From the NCBI GenBank assembly GCA_963699165.1, contig OY969413.1, positions 596,562 through 660,561 of the forward strand: 64,000 nt of DNA, read 5' to 3'. Position numbers and translations under genes: made by a program. This document shows positions 28,223-38,256 of the stretch, piece by piece; within the stretch, counting starts at the first letter, position 1; every line of letters starts with the position of its first letter. The notes under the pieces were generated by a model. It searched no databases, had not been told where the DNA came from, and worked only from the letters and a program-made list of their open reading frames with translations. This DNA is from Candidatus Kaiserbacteria bacterium (GTDB taxonomy: Bacteria; Patescibacteriota; Minisyncoccia; Phycocordibacterales; Phycocordibacteraceae).

Positions 28223-29428
28223 TTAGATGGCGCCCGCGAGGTTGTAAATAGGAATGAGAATCGCCGCAAGGAGGATGCCGACGCCGAGACCGAGGAGAAC
28301 AATCATGACCGGTTCGATGAGACCGACAAGCGTGTCCACGGCAGTACTGACTTCACGGTCGTAAAAGCGCGCGAGCGTCGTGAGAATCTTGCCGAGTTCG
28401 CCCGATTCCTCTCCGACTTTTATCATAGCTACAACAATGCCCGGAATCTCGGGATGCCGGCCAAATGCGTCCGAAATCGACGCACCGCCTTTCACATCCA
28501 CTCCGACTCGGGACAGCACATCCGCGTAGACCGCATTTCCGGTGACCGATTTTGAGATATCCAGCGCCTCGACAACCGAAACGCCCGAAAGAATCATGGT
28601 GGAAAAGTTGTCCGTGATACGCGCAAGATACAGCTTCTGGTACAAATCGCCGATATACGGGACTTCGAGCTTTACTCTATCGAGCACAATCTTTCCCCCT
28701 TCCGTTTTCCCGAGCCGCCACAAATAGAACATGAAGGCAAGGAGTGCAATGAGCAGGAAAATCCCGTATTGCACGAGAAAATTCGAGAAACCGATGACGA
28801 TGCCGGTGAAAAACGGCACCTGCTGGCCGGAGTCCGTAATTACGGCGTCGATTTTTGGGATAACGAGCGTAAGCATCAGGGTCATGACGGCAAAGAACAC
28901 CGCAACGACAAAAGCCGGGTAGATAAGAGCGTTCTCGGCTTTACTGACCAGATTGTACGAACGATCGAGGTAGTCGGCCAGGTAAATAAACGTCTCGGAA
29001 AGCTTTCCGGATTCTTCTCCGGCATGCACCATGTTTACATAAAACGGCGAAAATACCTGCGGATGTGCGGCAAGCGCCTTGCTGAGCGGGGCGCCTCCCT
29101 GGATGTCATCGCCGACTGCGGAGAGAACGTCCGCGAGGTTTTTATTTTCAACGTCGCCGGCGAGCAGGCGAAATACGCGAAGCGCCGAGACCTGCGCATC
29201 AAAAAGCGTCGCAATCTGCCGCGATACGATAACGATGTCTTTATTCGGAATATGATTAAAGAGCGGAATGTCGACATTCATCGCCGAACGTTTTTCGGCG
29301 GATTCGATGGACGAAATGATGAGGTTGCGGCGCTGGAGCGCGGAGACGGCAATGTCTTTCGAGGGCGCTTCAACGGTCCCGTCACGCTCGTGTCCGTCTT
29401 GGTCTATTGCGTGATATTTGAAAAGCAT
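28223..29428 (-). CDS. pilC: type IV pilus platform protein (T2SSF family)
   Basis: Two T2SSF repeats: AGEESGKL, ALIYPAFV, VGEESGEL, LIEPVMIV. Confidence 0.95.
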   Translation of the reverse strand: MLFKYHAIDQDGHERDGTVEAPSKDIAVSALQRRNLIISSIESAEKRSAMNVDIPLFNHIPNKDIVIVSRQIATLFDAQVSALRVFRLLAGDVENKNLADVLSAVGDDIQGGAPLSKALAAHPQVFSPFYVNMVHAGEESGKLSETFIYLADYLDRSYNLVSKAENALIYPAFVVAVFFAVMTLMLTLVIPKIDAVITDSGQQVPFFTGIVIGFSNFLVQYGIFLLIALLAFMFYLWRLGKTEGGKIVLDRVKLEVPYIGDLYQKLYLARITDNFSTMILSGVSVVEALDISKSVTGNAVYADVLSRVGVDVKGGASISDAFGRHPEIPGIVVAMIKVGEESGELGKILTTLARFYDREVSTAVDTLVGLIEPVMIVLLGLGVGILLAAILIPIYNLAGAI

Positions 29429-29431
29429 AGG

Positions 29432-30493
29432 TTAGAGATAATGCTCGAATGTTTTCGGGTCCATCGCATGCTCGTATGCGTGTTCAACGGTTATTTCGCC
29501 GCGGCGGGCTAGGTCCGCGAGCATGCGGTCCATGTCAATCATGCCTTCCTGCGATGCGGTCTGAATGACCGCATTTATTTCCTGCGTCCGCCGGTCGCGA
29601 ATGAGCGTGCTTACGGCATTGTTGTTGATAAGCAATTCATATGCCGGAATGAGGCCGCCCGACACGCGCGGAACGAGGCGCTGCGAAAAAATGCCCGCCA
29701 AACTTCCCGCGAGCTGCACGCGCACCTGATCCTGCTGTTCGGCCGGAAACATGTCGATGATGCGGTCGATGGTCTGCGCGGCGTCGTTGGTGTGCAGCGT
29801 CGAAAGGACAAGGTGTCCCGTTTCGGCGGCGGTTACCGCCGAAGAAATGGTCTCATAGTCGCGCATTTCCCCCACCATGATGACGTCCACGTCTTCGCGG
29901 AACGCGCTTTGGAGCGCCGTATGGAAGTCGGGCGCATCGATATACACCTCGCGCTGGTGGATGAGCGATTTTTTCGGCTCGAAGATGTATTCAATCGGGT
30001 CTTCTATGGTAACGATGTGCTGGGCGCTCGAGCTGTTAATGCTGTCAATCATCGTCGCAAGCGTTGTCGATTTGCCCTGCCCCACGGGACCGACGACAAG
30101 AAAGAATCCTTGTTTATGCTGAGTAAATACCTCAAGCACGGGCGGGAGATTAAGTTCGGCGAAACTCCGGATGGCGTGCGGCACGAGACGAAGCGCGAGC
30201 GCGGTCATTCCCTGCGCACGAAAGCCGTTTACGCGGAACCGTCCGCTGTCTCCGTGCGCATACGAAAGGTCGATGGTTTGATTTGCCAGGAACAAATTCC
30301 ACCGGTTGGGCGGCACGATGCTTTTCAGCATCGCCTCGGTTTCTTCCGAGGTAAGCGCGGGATACCTGCTGAGCGGAATCAATTCGCCCGAGATGCGAAT
30401 CATCGGCGAACCGCCCGCGAAAATATGCAAATCCGAACCGCCCTGAGCGATGACAACATCGAGAAGTTCTGAAAGTCGTTTGTCGGCAGACAT
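29432..30493 (-). CDS. pilT: pilus retraction ATPase
   Basis: GSDLH, GPVGQGKSTT, TIEDPIE, AETGHLVLSTLHT. Confidence 0.95.
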   Translation of the reverse strand: MSADKRLSELLDVVIAQGGSDLHIFAGGSPMIRISGELIPLSRYPALTSEETEAMLKSIVPPNRWNLFLANQTIDLSYAHGDSGRFRVNGFRAQGMTALALRLVPHAIRSFAELNLPPVLEVFTQHKQGFFLVVGPVGQGKSTTLATMIDSINSSSAQHIVTIEDPIEYIFEPKKSLIHQREVYIDAPDFHTALQSAFREDVDVIMVGEMRDYETISSAVTAAETGHLVLSTLHTNDAAQTIDRIIDMFPAEQQDQVRVQLAGSLAGIFSQRLVPRVSGGLIPAYELLINNNAVSTLIRDRRTQEINAVIQTASQEGMIDMDRMLADLARRGEITVEHAYEHAMDPKTFEHYL

Positions 30494-30508
30494 AGTGTGT
30501 AATTAATT

Positions 30509-30901
30509 TTATTTCTCCGAACCGCCCTCGATAATGCGTATGGTCTCCGCAAACACCTCCGACGGAATGGCGGACGCCTTCGTGATGTATCCGTCGGCGG
30601 AAAGATTTTTCGCCTTCTCGATATCTGAATCCTGGCCCTGGTTTGAAAGAATGATTATCTTCGCTCCCTGCGCCAGACGCTCTTTCCGCACCGCTTCAAG
30701 CGTTTCAAAACCGGTCATCCCGGACATAATAACATCAATAAGCACGGCATCCGGCACCGCAGCACCCTCTTTGCGAAGAGCGGCGAGCAAATCCTCTCCG
30801 CCGCCGAAGATGCTTACTTCGTGACCGGCGTTTTTAAATTTTATCGAATACAAATCGAGGAGAAATTTGTCGTCATCAACCAAGTATATGCGATAGGACA
30901 T
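30509..30901 (-). CDS. stand-alone response regulator receiver
   Basis: VDDD, LIDVIM, LSN and YITK motifs. Confidence 0.9.
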   Translation of the reverse strand: MSYRIYLVDDDKFLLDLYSIKFKNAGHEVSIFGGGEDLLAALRKEGAAVPDAVLIDVIMSGMTGFETLEAVRKERLAQGAKIIILSNQGQDSDIEKAKNLSADGYITKASAIPSEVFAETIRIIEGGSEK

Positions 30902-30978
30902 TGCGTTCAGTATACCGAGCGCAGACCGATTGGCATATAACCGTTATCCCCTGCCGCAGGCGCGGGCGATGCCGCGAA

Positions 30979-32745
30979 TCAAGCCGCTTCCTCCTCGGGG
31001 AAAAGTTCGCCGCCGAGCGTGTTGACCTCCTCGAAAGGAATTTCACCCGCGAGCGCCTTCAATATCGCATCTTCGCGCATGGTAATCATGCCTTCCTCGC
31101 GCGCCGCGGCATAAATCTTCTCTTCGATGGGTTCTTTGAGCAGCACCTGTTCGACATTTTTAGTCATGCGCAGTATTTCAAATACGCCCGTCCGGCCCCG
31201 CACGCCGGTCGGACATGTCTCTGTCGGACTCGCGTGATACAACTCTTTAAACGGCGGAAGTTTTGCGCGGTATTCGGCCGGCAAGTCGGCAAATTGCCGA
31301 TCCAAAAGCCCTTTGATGCTGTCGTCAATCGGAAAGGGCTTGCCCGCACCTTCGCACAGTTTCCGAACGAGCCGCTGTCCGATGACCGCCACCAAGGTCG
31401 GCGCAATAAGATACGGGTCGACGCCCATATCGATGAGGCGCGGAATCGCACCCGCCGCGGTATTGGTGTGGATGGTGGAAAACACGAGGTGCCCGGTGAG
31501 CGCCGCCTGCACGGCAAGCACGGCCGTTTCCTTGTCGCGAATCTCGCCGACCATGATGATGTCCGGGTCCTGGCGCAAAATCGAACGGAGTCCGCTCGCA
31601 AACGTGTATCCTATCTCGGGCCGCACCTGGCTTTGCGCAACGCCGGCAATTTCATATTCGACCGGATCTTCAAGCGAAACGACGTTTGCCGTCTCGCGAT
31701 CCAAACTGGAAAGCATGGCATACAGCGTCGTCGATTTTCCCGAACCGGTCGGACCCGAAAGAAGAATGATGCCGTACGACGCCTTCACCATCTCGCGGAC
31801 TTCGACAAGCTGCGCTTCGTTCAGTCCGACCGAATCGAGCGTCGCCGAAACATCCGACTGGTCGAGAATACGCATCACGACCTTCTCGCCGAATTCGGTC
31901 GGAAATGTCGACACGCGGAAATCAATGCGCCGCTTATCGACCATGGCGGAAAAGCGTCCGTCTTGCGGTTTCCGGCGCTCGTCGAGGCGGAGTTTTGCGA
32001 GAATTTTGATGCGCGCAACGACCGCATCGTGCACTTTCGCCGGAAGTTCGAGCGAGGTATGCAAATCGCCGTCCAAACGGAACCGGACTCTCGTTTTCGT
32101 CGGCATCGGCTCGATGTGCACATCGGATGAATGTCCTTCGATGGCGTATCGCAAAATACTCGACACGATTTTTGTGACCGGCGCGTCTTCTTTCAGCGTT
32201 TCGCTCGGGCCGGTTAGATTGAGCGTCTCCTCCAGGATGGCCTCGGAAGCGGTTGTCGTTTTTGCCGCCGCCGATGGTTTTGCAACCGTCTCGTATTCGG
32301 AAAGGGCTTTCCCGACCTCGCCGGAGATATTTTTATACGCATCAAGCACCCGTTCTAAGTCCTCATTCGTAATGAGAACGATTTTGTACGGCATGTCGAT
32401 TTTCCCCGAGATGAATTGCAGCGCGTCAAACGCCTCGATGTTGTCCGGGTCGACGATGCCGACTTCAAGCGCGCCGTCCGCAATATCGAGCGGCACAAAG
32501 CCGTAATGCCGCGCCGAATCAAGCGGAATATAGCTCAGCACCTCTTCGGAAACCGGCGGTTCTCCGAGAATGCGCGTCGGAAGTCCGTAAATCTTTCCCA
32601 CCTCGGCGAGCGCATTTGCAAGCGAGACCCCATGCGCCGAAAGAGCATCGGCGAGCGGATGCCGCTGCTCGATTTCCGATTCGACCGCCGCCCGGTCTTT
32701 TGCGGGAAGAATGCCTTTTTCAACGAGCAAGCCGAGGAAATTCAT
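30979..32745 (-). CDS. pilB: pilus assembly ATPase (GspE/PilB family)
   Basis: SDVHIEP, PQDGRF, GPTGSGKSTTLY, LRQDPD, TGHLVFSTIHTN. Confidence 0.96.
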   Translation of the reverse strand: MNFLGLLVEKGILPAKDRAAVESEIEQRHPLADALSAHGVSLANALAEVGKIYGLPTRILGEPPVSEEVLSYIPLDSARHYGFVPLDIADGALEVGIVDPDNIEAFDALQFISGKIDMPYKIVLITNEDLERVLDAYKNISGEVGKALSEYETVAKPSAAAKTTTASEAILEETLNLTGPSETLKEDAPVTKIVSSILRYAIEGHSSDVHIEPMPTKTRVRFRLDGDLHTSLELPAKVHDAVVARIKILAKLRLDERRKPQDGRFSAMVDKRRIDFRVSTFPTEFGEKVVMRILDQSDVSATLDSVGLNEAQLVEVREMVKASYGIILLSGPTGSGKSTTLYAMLSSLDRETANVVSLEDPVEYEIAGVAQSQVRPEIGYTFASGLRSILRQDPDIIMVGEIRDKETAVLAVQAALTGHLVFSTIHTNTAAGAIPRLIDMGVDPYLIAPTLVAVIGQRLVRKLCEGAGKPFPIDDSIKGLLDRQFADLPAEYRAKLPPFKELYHASPTETCPTGVRGRTGVFEILRMTKNVEQVLLKEPIEEKIYAAAREEGMITMREDAILKALAGEIPFEEVNTLGGELFPEEEAA

Positions 32746-32751
32746 TACGTG

Positions 32752-33069
32752 TCAGTTTCCGGTTTGGCTTTTCATGGCCTGTCCCGGGAACGGAGCGAAC
32801 GGATCTGTACGGCCGGATGCTTCGGGAGCAATCGGCGTTGCGAGGTCGGTCAAAGACGTAAAGCGGGGATCCGAAAAGATGCTCGTGTCGAATTTAATCG
32901 ACTGCAATTCGCCGACCAGCGACTTGAATTGGTCTTGCGCGCCGGTATCCGTCGTAGTCGTCGTGAGCGGCGGCTGGTTGCCGGTCTGAAGGAAAAAATA
33001 CCAATACGCGCCGGCAGCGATAACCAGCGTGATCACAACGAGGACTATGGAATTGATATCGAGTTTCAT
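32752..33069 (-). CDS. small pilus-associated membrane protein (PilP-like position)
   Basis: N-terminal TM; C-terminal GRTDPFAP motif. Confidence 0.7.
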   Translation of the reverse strand: MKLDINSIVLVVITLVIAAGAYWYFFLQTGNQPPLTTTTTDTGAQDQFKSLVGELQSIKFDTSIFSDPRFTSLTDLATPIAPEASGRTDPFAPFPGQAMKSQTGN

Positions 33070-33076
33070 AGCAATA

Positions 33077-33607
33077 TTAATGCAACCAATAAATGCGTAC
33101 CTTCAATTGGTAGGTGTACACGCCGGTGTCCGAGCCCTTTACATCCACCTCCTGAACGTCGAGAAGCCGTTCGCTGTGTTCGATTCCGTTGAGGAATGTC
33201 TGAAAAGCGGTATAGCTGCCGCTCACCGAAAGCGACATATCGACCGAACCGAGCGGATTAGTATCCGCAGCGGTACTCGGGGGACCGGAAGAATCAACGT
33301 CGATATTCGACAATGCTACTCCCGAGCGCGCTGCAAGCGCATTCAAATCGAGAATGAGCCGCACATTGTCGACTGAATCGGGAAGAAACGTGGCCAGACG
33401 CGAAAGATTATCGGGGTCGATTGCCGACTGTGCCTGAGCAAGCGCATCCTGTTCCTTGTTGTATTCGCTTGCGGCGGCAAGCGCCTCATCGTCAGAAGCA
33501 ATAGCGGCTTTTTCAGTCGCTATCGGGCCCGACCATGTCGGTCCGACATACGCGAAAATCACGCAGAGACCGATGACGAATGCCGGAATGGGGAGAGCTC
33601 GGTTCAT
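33077..33607 (-). CDS. pilO: PilO-like alignment protein
   Basis: TM plus coiled coil; SGSYTAFQTFLNGIEHSERLLDV. Confidence 0.82.
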   Translation of the reverse strand: MNRALPIPAFVIGLCVIFAYVGPTWSGPIATEKAAIASDDEALAAASEYNKEQDALAQAQSAIDPDNLSRLATFLPDSVDNVRLILDLNALAARSGVALSNIDVDSSGPPSTAADTNPLGSVDMSLSVSGSYTAFQTFLNGIEHSERLLDVQEVDVKGSDTGVYTYQLKVRIYWLH

Positions 33608-34266
33608 GGCGAGGTTGAAGTCGCGGCCGGAGTGCTTGACGCCGCAGCAGCGGCTGCGGTTGCAGCAGCGGCCGGCGCCGCGTTTCCGGAATACGCCACA
33701 ATCTTAGGATCAAGCGAGGCCGACAAATCGAACGAAACGGTATTGTCCACGTCGTTAATGGTTATTTTTGAAAAGATTGCGTCCTTGATGCGCGGGTCGG
33801 TTGCAAATGCCGTGGAAACGACGGCAAGGGCGTTGAAACTTTTTGCGACGCCCGAGCCCGAAATTACCGGAGCGCCGGAGGTTGTGTCAAAGGAGATGCC
33901 CAGCGAGGAAAAGCGGACATTTTCCGGAAGCATCGGTCCGATGGCCGCGAAAAAGTTCGAAAACGCGACGTGTTTGTCCAAAAGCGACTCGCCGACGGTG
34001 AGCCGGTCGCGCAAATGCACAAAACTTTCCACCGTCGGCAGGTCGATTTTTGACTCCGCCTGCGCCAAATCGGCATCTTCCTTTGCCTGCTGCCGCGAAA
34101 GAATTTGACCGTAGATAAAAACGCCGGTGGCGAGCACAATCGAAATAATAAAAATGAAATAGGCGAAATAACTCAGGAGTCCGAAAAGATTTGACGACGA
34201 CCGCTGAACCCTCATACCCGAAGGATGCGGGACGAACGATGTCGGTATCGTTGGTGGGAGAGCCAT
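33604..34266 (-). CDS. PilN-like alignment protein
   Basis: Between pilM and pilO; TSFVP N-terminal motif, TM, ferredoxin-like C-terminus. Confidence 0.72.
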   Translation of the reverse strand: MALPPTIPTSFVPHPSGMRVQRSSSNLFGLLSYFAYFIFIISIVLATGVFIYGQILSRQQAKEDADLAQAESKIDLPTVESFVHLRDRLTVGESLLDKHVAFSNFFAAIGPMLPENVRFSSLGISFDTTSGAPVISGSGVAKSFNALAVVSTAFATDPRIKDAIFSKITINDVDNTVSFDLSASLDPKIVAYSGNAAPAAAATAAAAAASSTPAATSTSP

Positions 34267-34334
34267 TTCCGTTAAGTATACTCTACTCGCGCAAGCATTC
34301 TGCGCCGTGCATGTGCACTATGTGCATAGTGCCG

Positions 34335-35438
34335 TTAAATTTCATCCAGCTTGCGGAGCGCAAGACCGACGGCGACCGCGAACTCGGGACCGATTTCTTG
34401 CAGGACGGGCCGCATGAACGCGGGCGCCTCGGTTTTCGAGAACGGGTCCGCAACATGCACGTCAATCGAGAAGGTGTTCTTCGCGTATACGCCGAGTTCT
34501 TTCGTAACGCCGCCGCCGCCCGTGAAAATAATCGAGGTCACGGACTTTTTATGCGCCGTCTCGTACTGGATAAGCACGCGCCGGACTTCCGAGAAAATGC
34601 GCGAAAACACCAGTTCAAAACTCTCGATTTCATCGCTGCCGGCCATTCCTTCCCTCTTCTTCAGCGCCTCGGCCTGAACGATGGAAACGTTTTTCGATAC
34701 GGAAATCGCATGCGTAATGTCCTGGCTGCCAACGCTTATGGCATGCGAAAGCGCGACGACGCCATGTTCCACAACGTAGGTCTTCGTCGATGCGGCGCCC
34801 ACATCGATGACGATGACCGGTTTAATCGGATCCTCGACCACGGCGCGAATGGTGCTGAATATCTCTATTTCAAAAAAGCTTGCCGAAAGGCCGGAACCCG
34901 AAACGACGCTTTGGAGCAATCCGAGTTCGTCGTTATGCACCGCGACGAGCAACACTTCGACCGTTTCCGGCTTTTGCACAGCTGATTTCGGGACCGTTGC
35001 GTCTTGCGAAAACTGCGCCGGTTCCGCGTTCGGCACGACGAACCAATCGAGCTGCACCTCGCTCACCGGCACCGGAATGTATTTCCGCGCTTCAAGCTCG
35101 ATGACGGTCTTTTGCTCTTTCGGGTCTTTGCGGTACGGCAGCGTGACGAGCGTAAGGAGCGAACGCGCAAACGGTATCGAAACTCCGCAGCTCGTCGTCG
35201 TTACCTTTGATTCGCGCAAAAGGTCTTTGAGCGTTTCGGTGACTTGTTCGGTCGTAAGGTTTGTCGCCTGTCCGACCTCGAATCCGCCGTACGGTCCGAG
35301 TGCGAGCTCGCCGTATGTTTCGAGCACCGCTTTGCCGCGCTCTTTGCGCAACTGAACGACTTTGAGTGATGAGGAACCGATGTCGACGCCGAGAACGCTC
35401 TTTTCCTTTTCTTTAAAAAGATTGCCTAGGAAAGACAT
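34335..35438 (-). CDS. pilM: pilus assembly protein, actin-like fold
   Basis: LGVDIGSSSLKVV, EARKYIP, IDVGA, TGGG, AVAVGLALR. Confidence 0.95.
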   Translation of the reverse strand: MSFLGNLFKEKEKSVLGVDIGSSSLKVVQLRKERGKAVLETYGELALGPYGGFEVGQATNLTTEQVTETLKDLLRESKVTTTSCGVSIPFARSLLTLVTLPYRKDPKEQKTVIELEARKYIPVPVSEVQLDWFVVPNAEPAQFSQDATVPKSAVQKPETVEVLLVAVHNDELGLLQSVVSGSGLSASFFEIEIFSTIRAVVEDPIKPVIVIDVGAASTKTYVVEHGVVALSHAISVGSQDITHAISVSKNVSIVQAEALKKREGMAGSDEIESFELVFSRIFSEVRRVLIQYETAHKKSVTSIIFTGGGGVTKELGVYAKNTFSIDVHVADPFSKTEAPAFMRPVLQEIGPEFAVAVGLALRKLDEI

Positions 35439-35452
35439 GAGACAATACTACC

Positions 35453-36077
35453 ATGTGGTCATTGCAAAATTGTATTGATTTCCTCTTTCCGCCGCGGGAC
35501 GGCGAGTTGGCGCTGCGGGAATTCCCCACCGACGGGTTCTCCGCCCTCGTTTCTCCGTACATCGTACCGTTCACGAGTCCGGAAACGACCGCTCTGCTCG
35601 AAATCGCGCATCCGGTCGTGCGCGGCGCGCTCCATGAAGCGAAGTATCACGGAAACGAGAAAGGATTCAGCGTATTGAGTACCGCGCTCGCGGAGTATTT
35701 GCTTGACTTGGATACGATTGAAAAAATCTCGCGGGTTTCTCTCGTTCCCATCCCGCTTGGAAACAAGCGCCGAAAAAAAACGCGGATTTAATCAGACGGA
35801 GGAAATTGCGAATCGCGCGGCAAAACTTGCCGGATGCACCGTTGACCGGGCCCTTTTGATTCGAGCGCGCGAAACCGCTTCGCAGGTGTCGCTTCCAAGG
35901 CGCGAACGCGAAAAGAACATGCGCGGCGCCTTCGGCGCCGCGCACCCCGCCGACCCCTCCCGCACCTACATTCTCATCGACGATGTCGTCACCACCGGCG
36001 CAACGCTCCAGGCGGCCATCGATGCCCTCAAAGCCGCCGGAGCACGCCATATCATCCCGCTCGCCCTCGCGCATTAA
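35453..36077 (+). pseudogene. comF: ComF-family competence protein, frameshifted in an A8 run
   Basis: DFLFPP...AKY...VPIPL, then RGFNQ and ILIDDVVTTGATL in the next frame; one extra A at 35773-35780. Confidence 0.85.
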
Positions 36078-36097
36078 ATTTGATATTGTAGCCGTTA

Positions 36098-36240
36098 ACG
36101 GAGACGTGGCTATGAAATATGAACTGCTTCATATTTCATCTGGTTCTGCCTTATGGCAGAACCGACCGTTGCCCCGGAAAGGGGGCAGGTCGGAGGGAAG
36201 CCAGGCGAAGCCACGTCTCCGATGGAACGAAGTGGAATAC
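36098..36240 (+). other. structured leader of tRNA-Ser with direct and inverted copies of the tRNA 5' end
   Basis: acggagacgtggct at 36098 and 36239; complement agccacgtctccg at 36209-36221; three internal hairpins. Confidence 0.7.
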
Positions 36241-36327
36241 GGAGACGTGGCTGAGTGGTCGAAAGCACCTCGCTGCTAATGAGGCAGGGGAGAAATCCTC
36301 TCGTGGGTTCAAATCCCACCGTCTCCG
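36241..36327 (+). tRNA. tRNA-Ser(GCT)
   Basis: GGAGACG/CGTCTCC acceptor, CCTCG-CTGCTAA-TGAGG anticodon arm, long variable arm, GTGGGTTCAAATCCCAC; G73; CCA not encoded. Confidence 0.95.
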
Positions 36328-36375
36328 CAAAAATAACGAGCAAGACGCGAAGCGTCTTGCTCGTTATTTTTGCGG
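36325..36375. terminator. long perfect hairpin after tRNA-Ser
   Basis: ccgcaaaaataacgagcaagacgc-gaa-gcgtcttgctcgttatttttgcgg. Confidence 0.75.
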
Positions 36376-36689
36376 TGAGATATTAGACTTTGCTCGAACC
36401 CACTTCGCACGCGCGGAGCGCGTGGTGGCTTGAAACTGCCTCGTACGCTCCGATTGCATGGGGAAACGAACCGATGCGCCTCGGACACGCTCGCGGACTC
36501 GCGTGTGCAAAAATCAAAAAATTTCCTTGCATTTTTCTCGCGCCTCCTCCCCCCACCCCTCCACCGCGAAGCGGAAAAAGAAATGGAAAGGAAATTTTTG
36601 GTTTTGCTTCGCCGTTATCATAAATCCAGTTTATCACAATAATCTAAAATGGTATATTCCACTTTCGACTATATTATGTTAATATCTAT

Positions 36690-36908
36690 ATGTCGAAGAA
36701 ATACCAAGCAAAATATCAAAAACTTACCGCAAAACTCCGTTCCGCTCGCCAAGAGGCAGGTTTAACGCAAGTAGAAGCAGGAAAACTATTGAAGAAACCT
36801 CAAGCGTATATTTCCAAGATAGAGCGAGGCGAGCGCGGAGTTGATGCGATAGAATTAGCAGAGTTTGCGAAGGTCTACAAAAAAGACATTAACCATTTTA
36901 TAAAATAA
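36690..36908 (+). CDS. XRE-family HTH regulator
   Basis: LRSARQEAGLTQVE...QAYISKIERGER. Confidence 0.9.
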   Translation: MSKKYQAKYQKLTAKLRSARQEAGLTQVEAGKLLKKPQAYISKIERGERGVDAIELAEFAKVYKKDINHFIK

Positions 36909-36912
36909 CAAT

Positions 36913-37752
36913 ATGGAAAACGAACCAAAAATGAATAAATTTAAAAACTACAAAAGTTTAGTTTTGATATTAGTAATTATCGCCGTGATAGTTGGTTTGT
37001 ATTTGCACTACGCACAGCGAAACACGCCAACTAAAGCAACAAGCACTCAAACGACTTCAAGCGCGGAGCATACGGCTAGTTATATTTCTAGTGTAATAAG
37101 CGCGATTGCAAGTTATCGACAATCTACCCAAGAAGCAACTCTTGTGGCGAAAGAATATACTGACAAAGGCGTGGACATAAATAATCGGAGCGTTAAAACC
37201 GCCGAAGAACTTGCTGTGTTGATGAAAGTTGTAAATGATTTCAAAAATGGAAACTCGTATTTGGCACCATATCTTAATGATAGTAATTCTCTAATTAGTG
37301 TTTCTGCAAAGGCATTAGATCAGTCCGCAACTTCTATTCTCCAACCCAACGAGGATATGCTCGCCGCTTTCCAAACCGGAGACACGCAGAAAGAACAAAT
37401 CGCACTTGCATCCGTGACTGCCGCTCAAGACTCGGGGACAAACGACATGAACAATGTTATGCAGATAATTAGGGAGGGATTGATAATGGGACTTGGAGAA
37501 AACGATAATTTGCCGACAAGTGGAACTATACACACATCTCTTTCAGTGGAACAAAGAAATAATTTGTTGGCACAAATAAAAAGTGATTTCCCAAATGGAG
37601 TAAATAATTATTCTAACGATATTTATTCTTTGATGATCTATGGAATTCAGGCGGTCTTAGTGTCAGATACCTTTGAGCAATTTCGCAGTTTAGCAGGCAC
37701 AATGACCACAAACGGCGCGCAAGCGTTGCCGTTTGTGGTTTCAGAAAAATAA
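36913..37752 (+). CDS. hypothetical membrane-anchored helical protein (low-GC islet)
   Basis: 279-aa ORF, N-terminal TM. Confidence 0.7.
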   Translation: MENEPKMNKFKNYKSLVLILVIIAVIVGLYLHYAQRNTPTKATSTQTTSSAEHTASYISSVISAIASYRQSTQEATLVAKEYTDKGVDINNRSVKTAEELAVLMKVVNDFKNGNSYLAPYLNDSNSLISVSAKALDQSATSILQPNEDMLAAFQTGDTQKEQIALASVTAAQDSGTNDMNNVMQIIREGLIMGLGENDNLPTSGTIHTSLSVEQRNNLLAQIKSDFPNGVNNYSNDIYSLMIYGIQAVLVSDTFEQFRSLAGTMTTNGAQALPFVVSEK

Positions 37753-38256
37753 ATGAGCTTATCAGATTTTATTTTACTAGCTACTGGAGTATTTATTGCT
37801 TGGCAAGCGTGGGAAACACGCCAGTTAGCGAAGCTAACAAGAATTAAAGACCAACCGCTTTTGGAAGTTGAATTTCAAAATAATGGGGCAAAAGTCCAAT
37901 TAAAAAATATCGGACAATCTCCCGCATATTCGCCATCAATTAGTTCGATTGAAATTGCAAGCAACGAGCATTTAGATTTTGACCCTTTGCACACTTCTCG
38001 CTTACCAATACAGCTCGGCGAAAGCCGAGAAGTGTGGATGCATCATCAGCGTGTGGATGAGAATTCGATTGGTGGTTTTGTTGAAAGTGCGCCAGTTTTG
38101 AAGAATTTTCTGCTAAACAAAACTACTCCCACAAAAATTACTCTAAAGTATTTTGATAAAGACGGCGTTAAACTTTGTCGCGATTTATATATAAAAGTTA
38201 GTGGTAATAAAATAAGTGGAAACCAGCAAATATATACAACCACGACTTGTGAGTAG
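37753..38256 (+). CDS. hypothetical protein with N-terminal TM (low-GC islet)
   Basis: 167-aa ORF abutting the previous stop; LKNIGQSPAY beta-rich domain. Confidence 0.7.
   Translation: MSLSDFILLATGVFIAWQAWETRQLAKLTRIKDQPLLEVEFQNNGAKVQLKNIGQSPAYSPSISSIEIASNEHLDFDPLHTSRLPIQLGESREVWMHHQRVDENSIGGFVESAPVLKNFLLNKTTPTKITLKYFDKDGVKLCRDLYIKVSGNKISGNQQIYTTTTCE

Noticed and set aside
36180-36212. SRP RNA-like motif caggtcggagggaagc
   Set aside because: Lacks the 3-bp stem with GNRA loop and the long flanking helix of SRP domain IV
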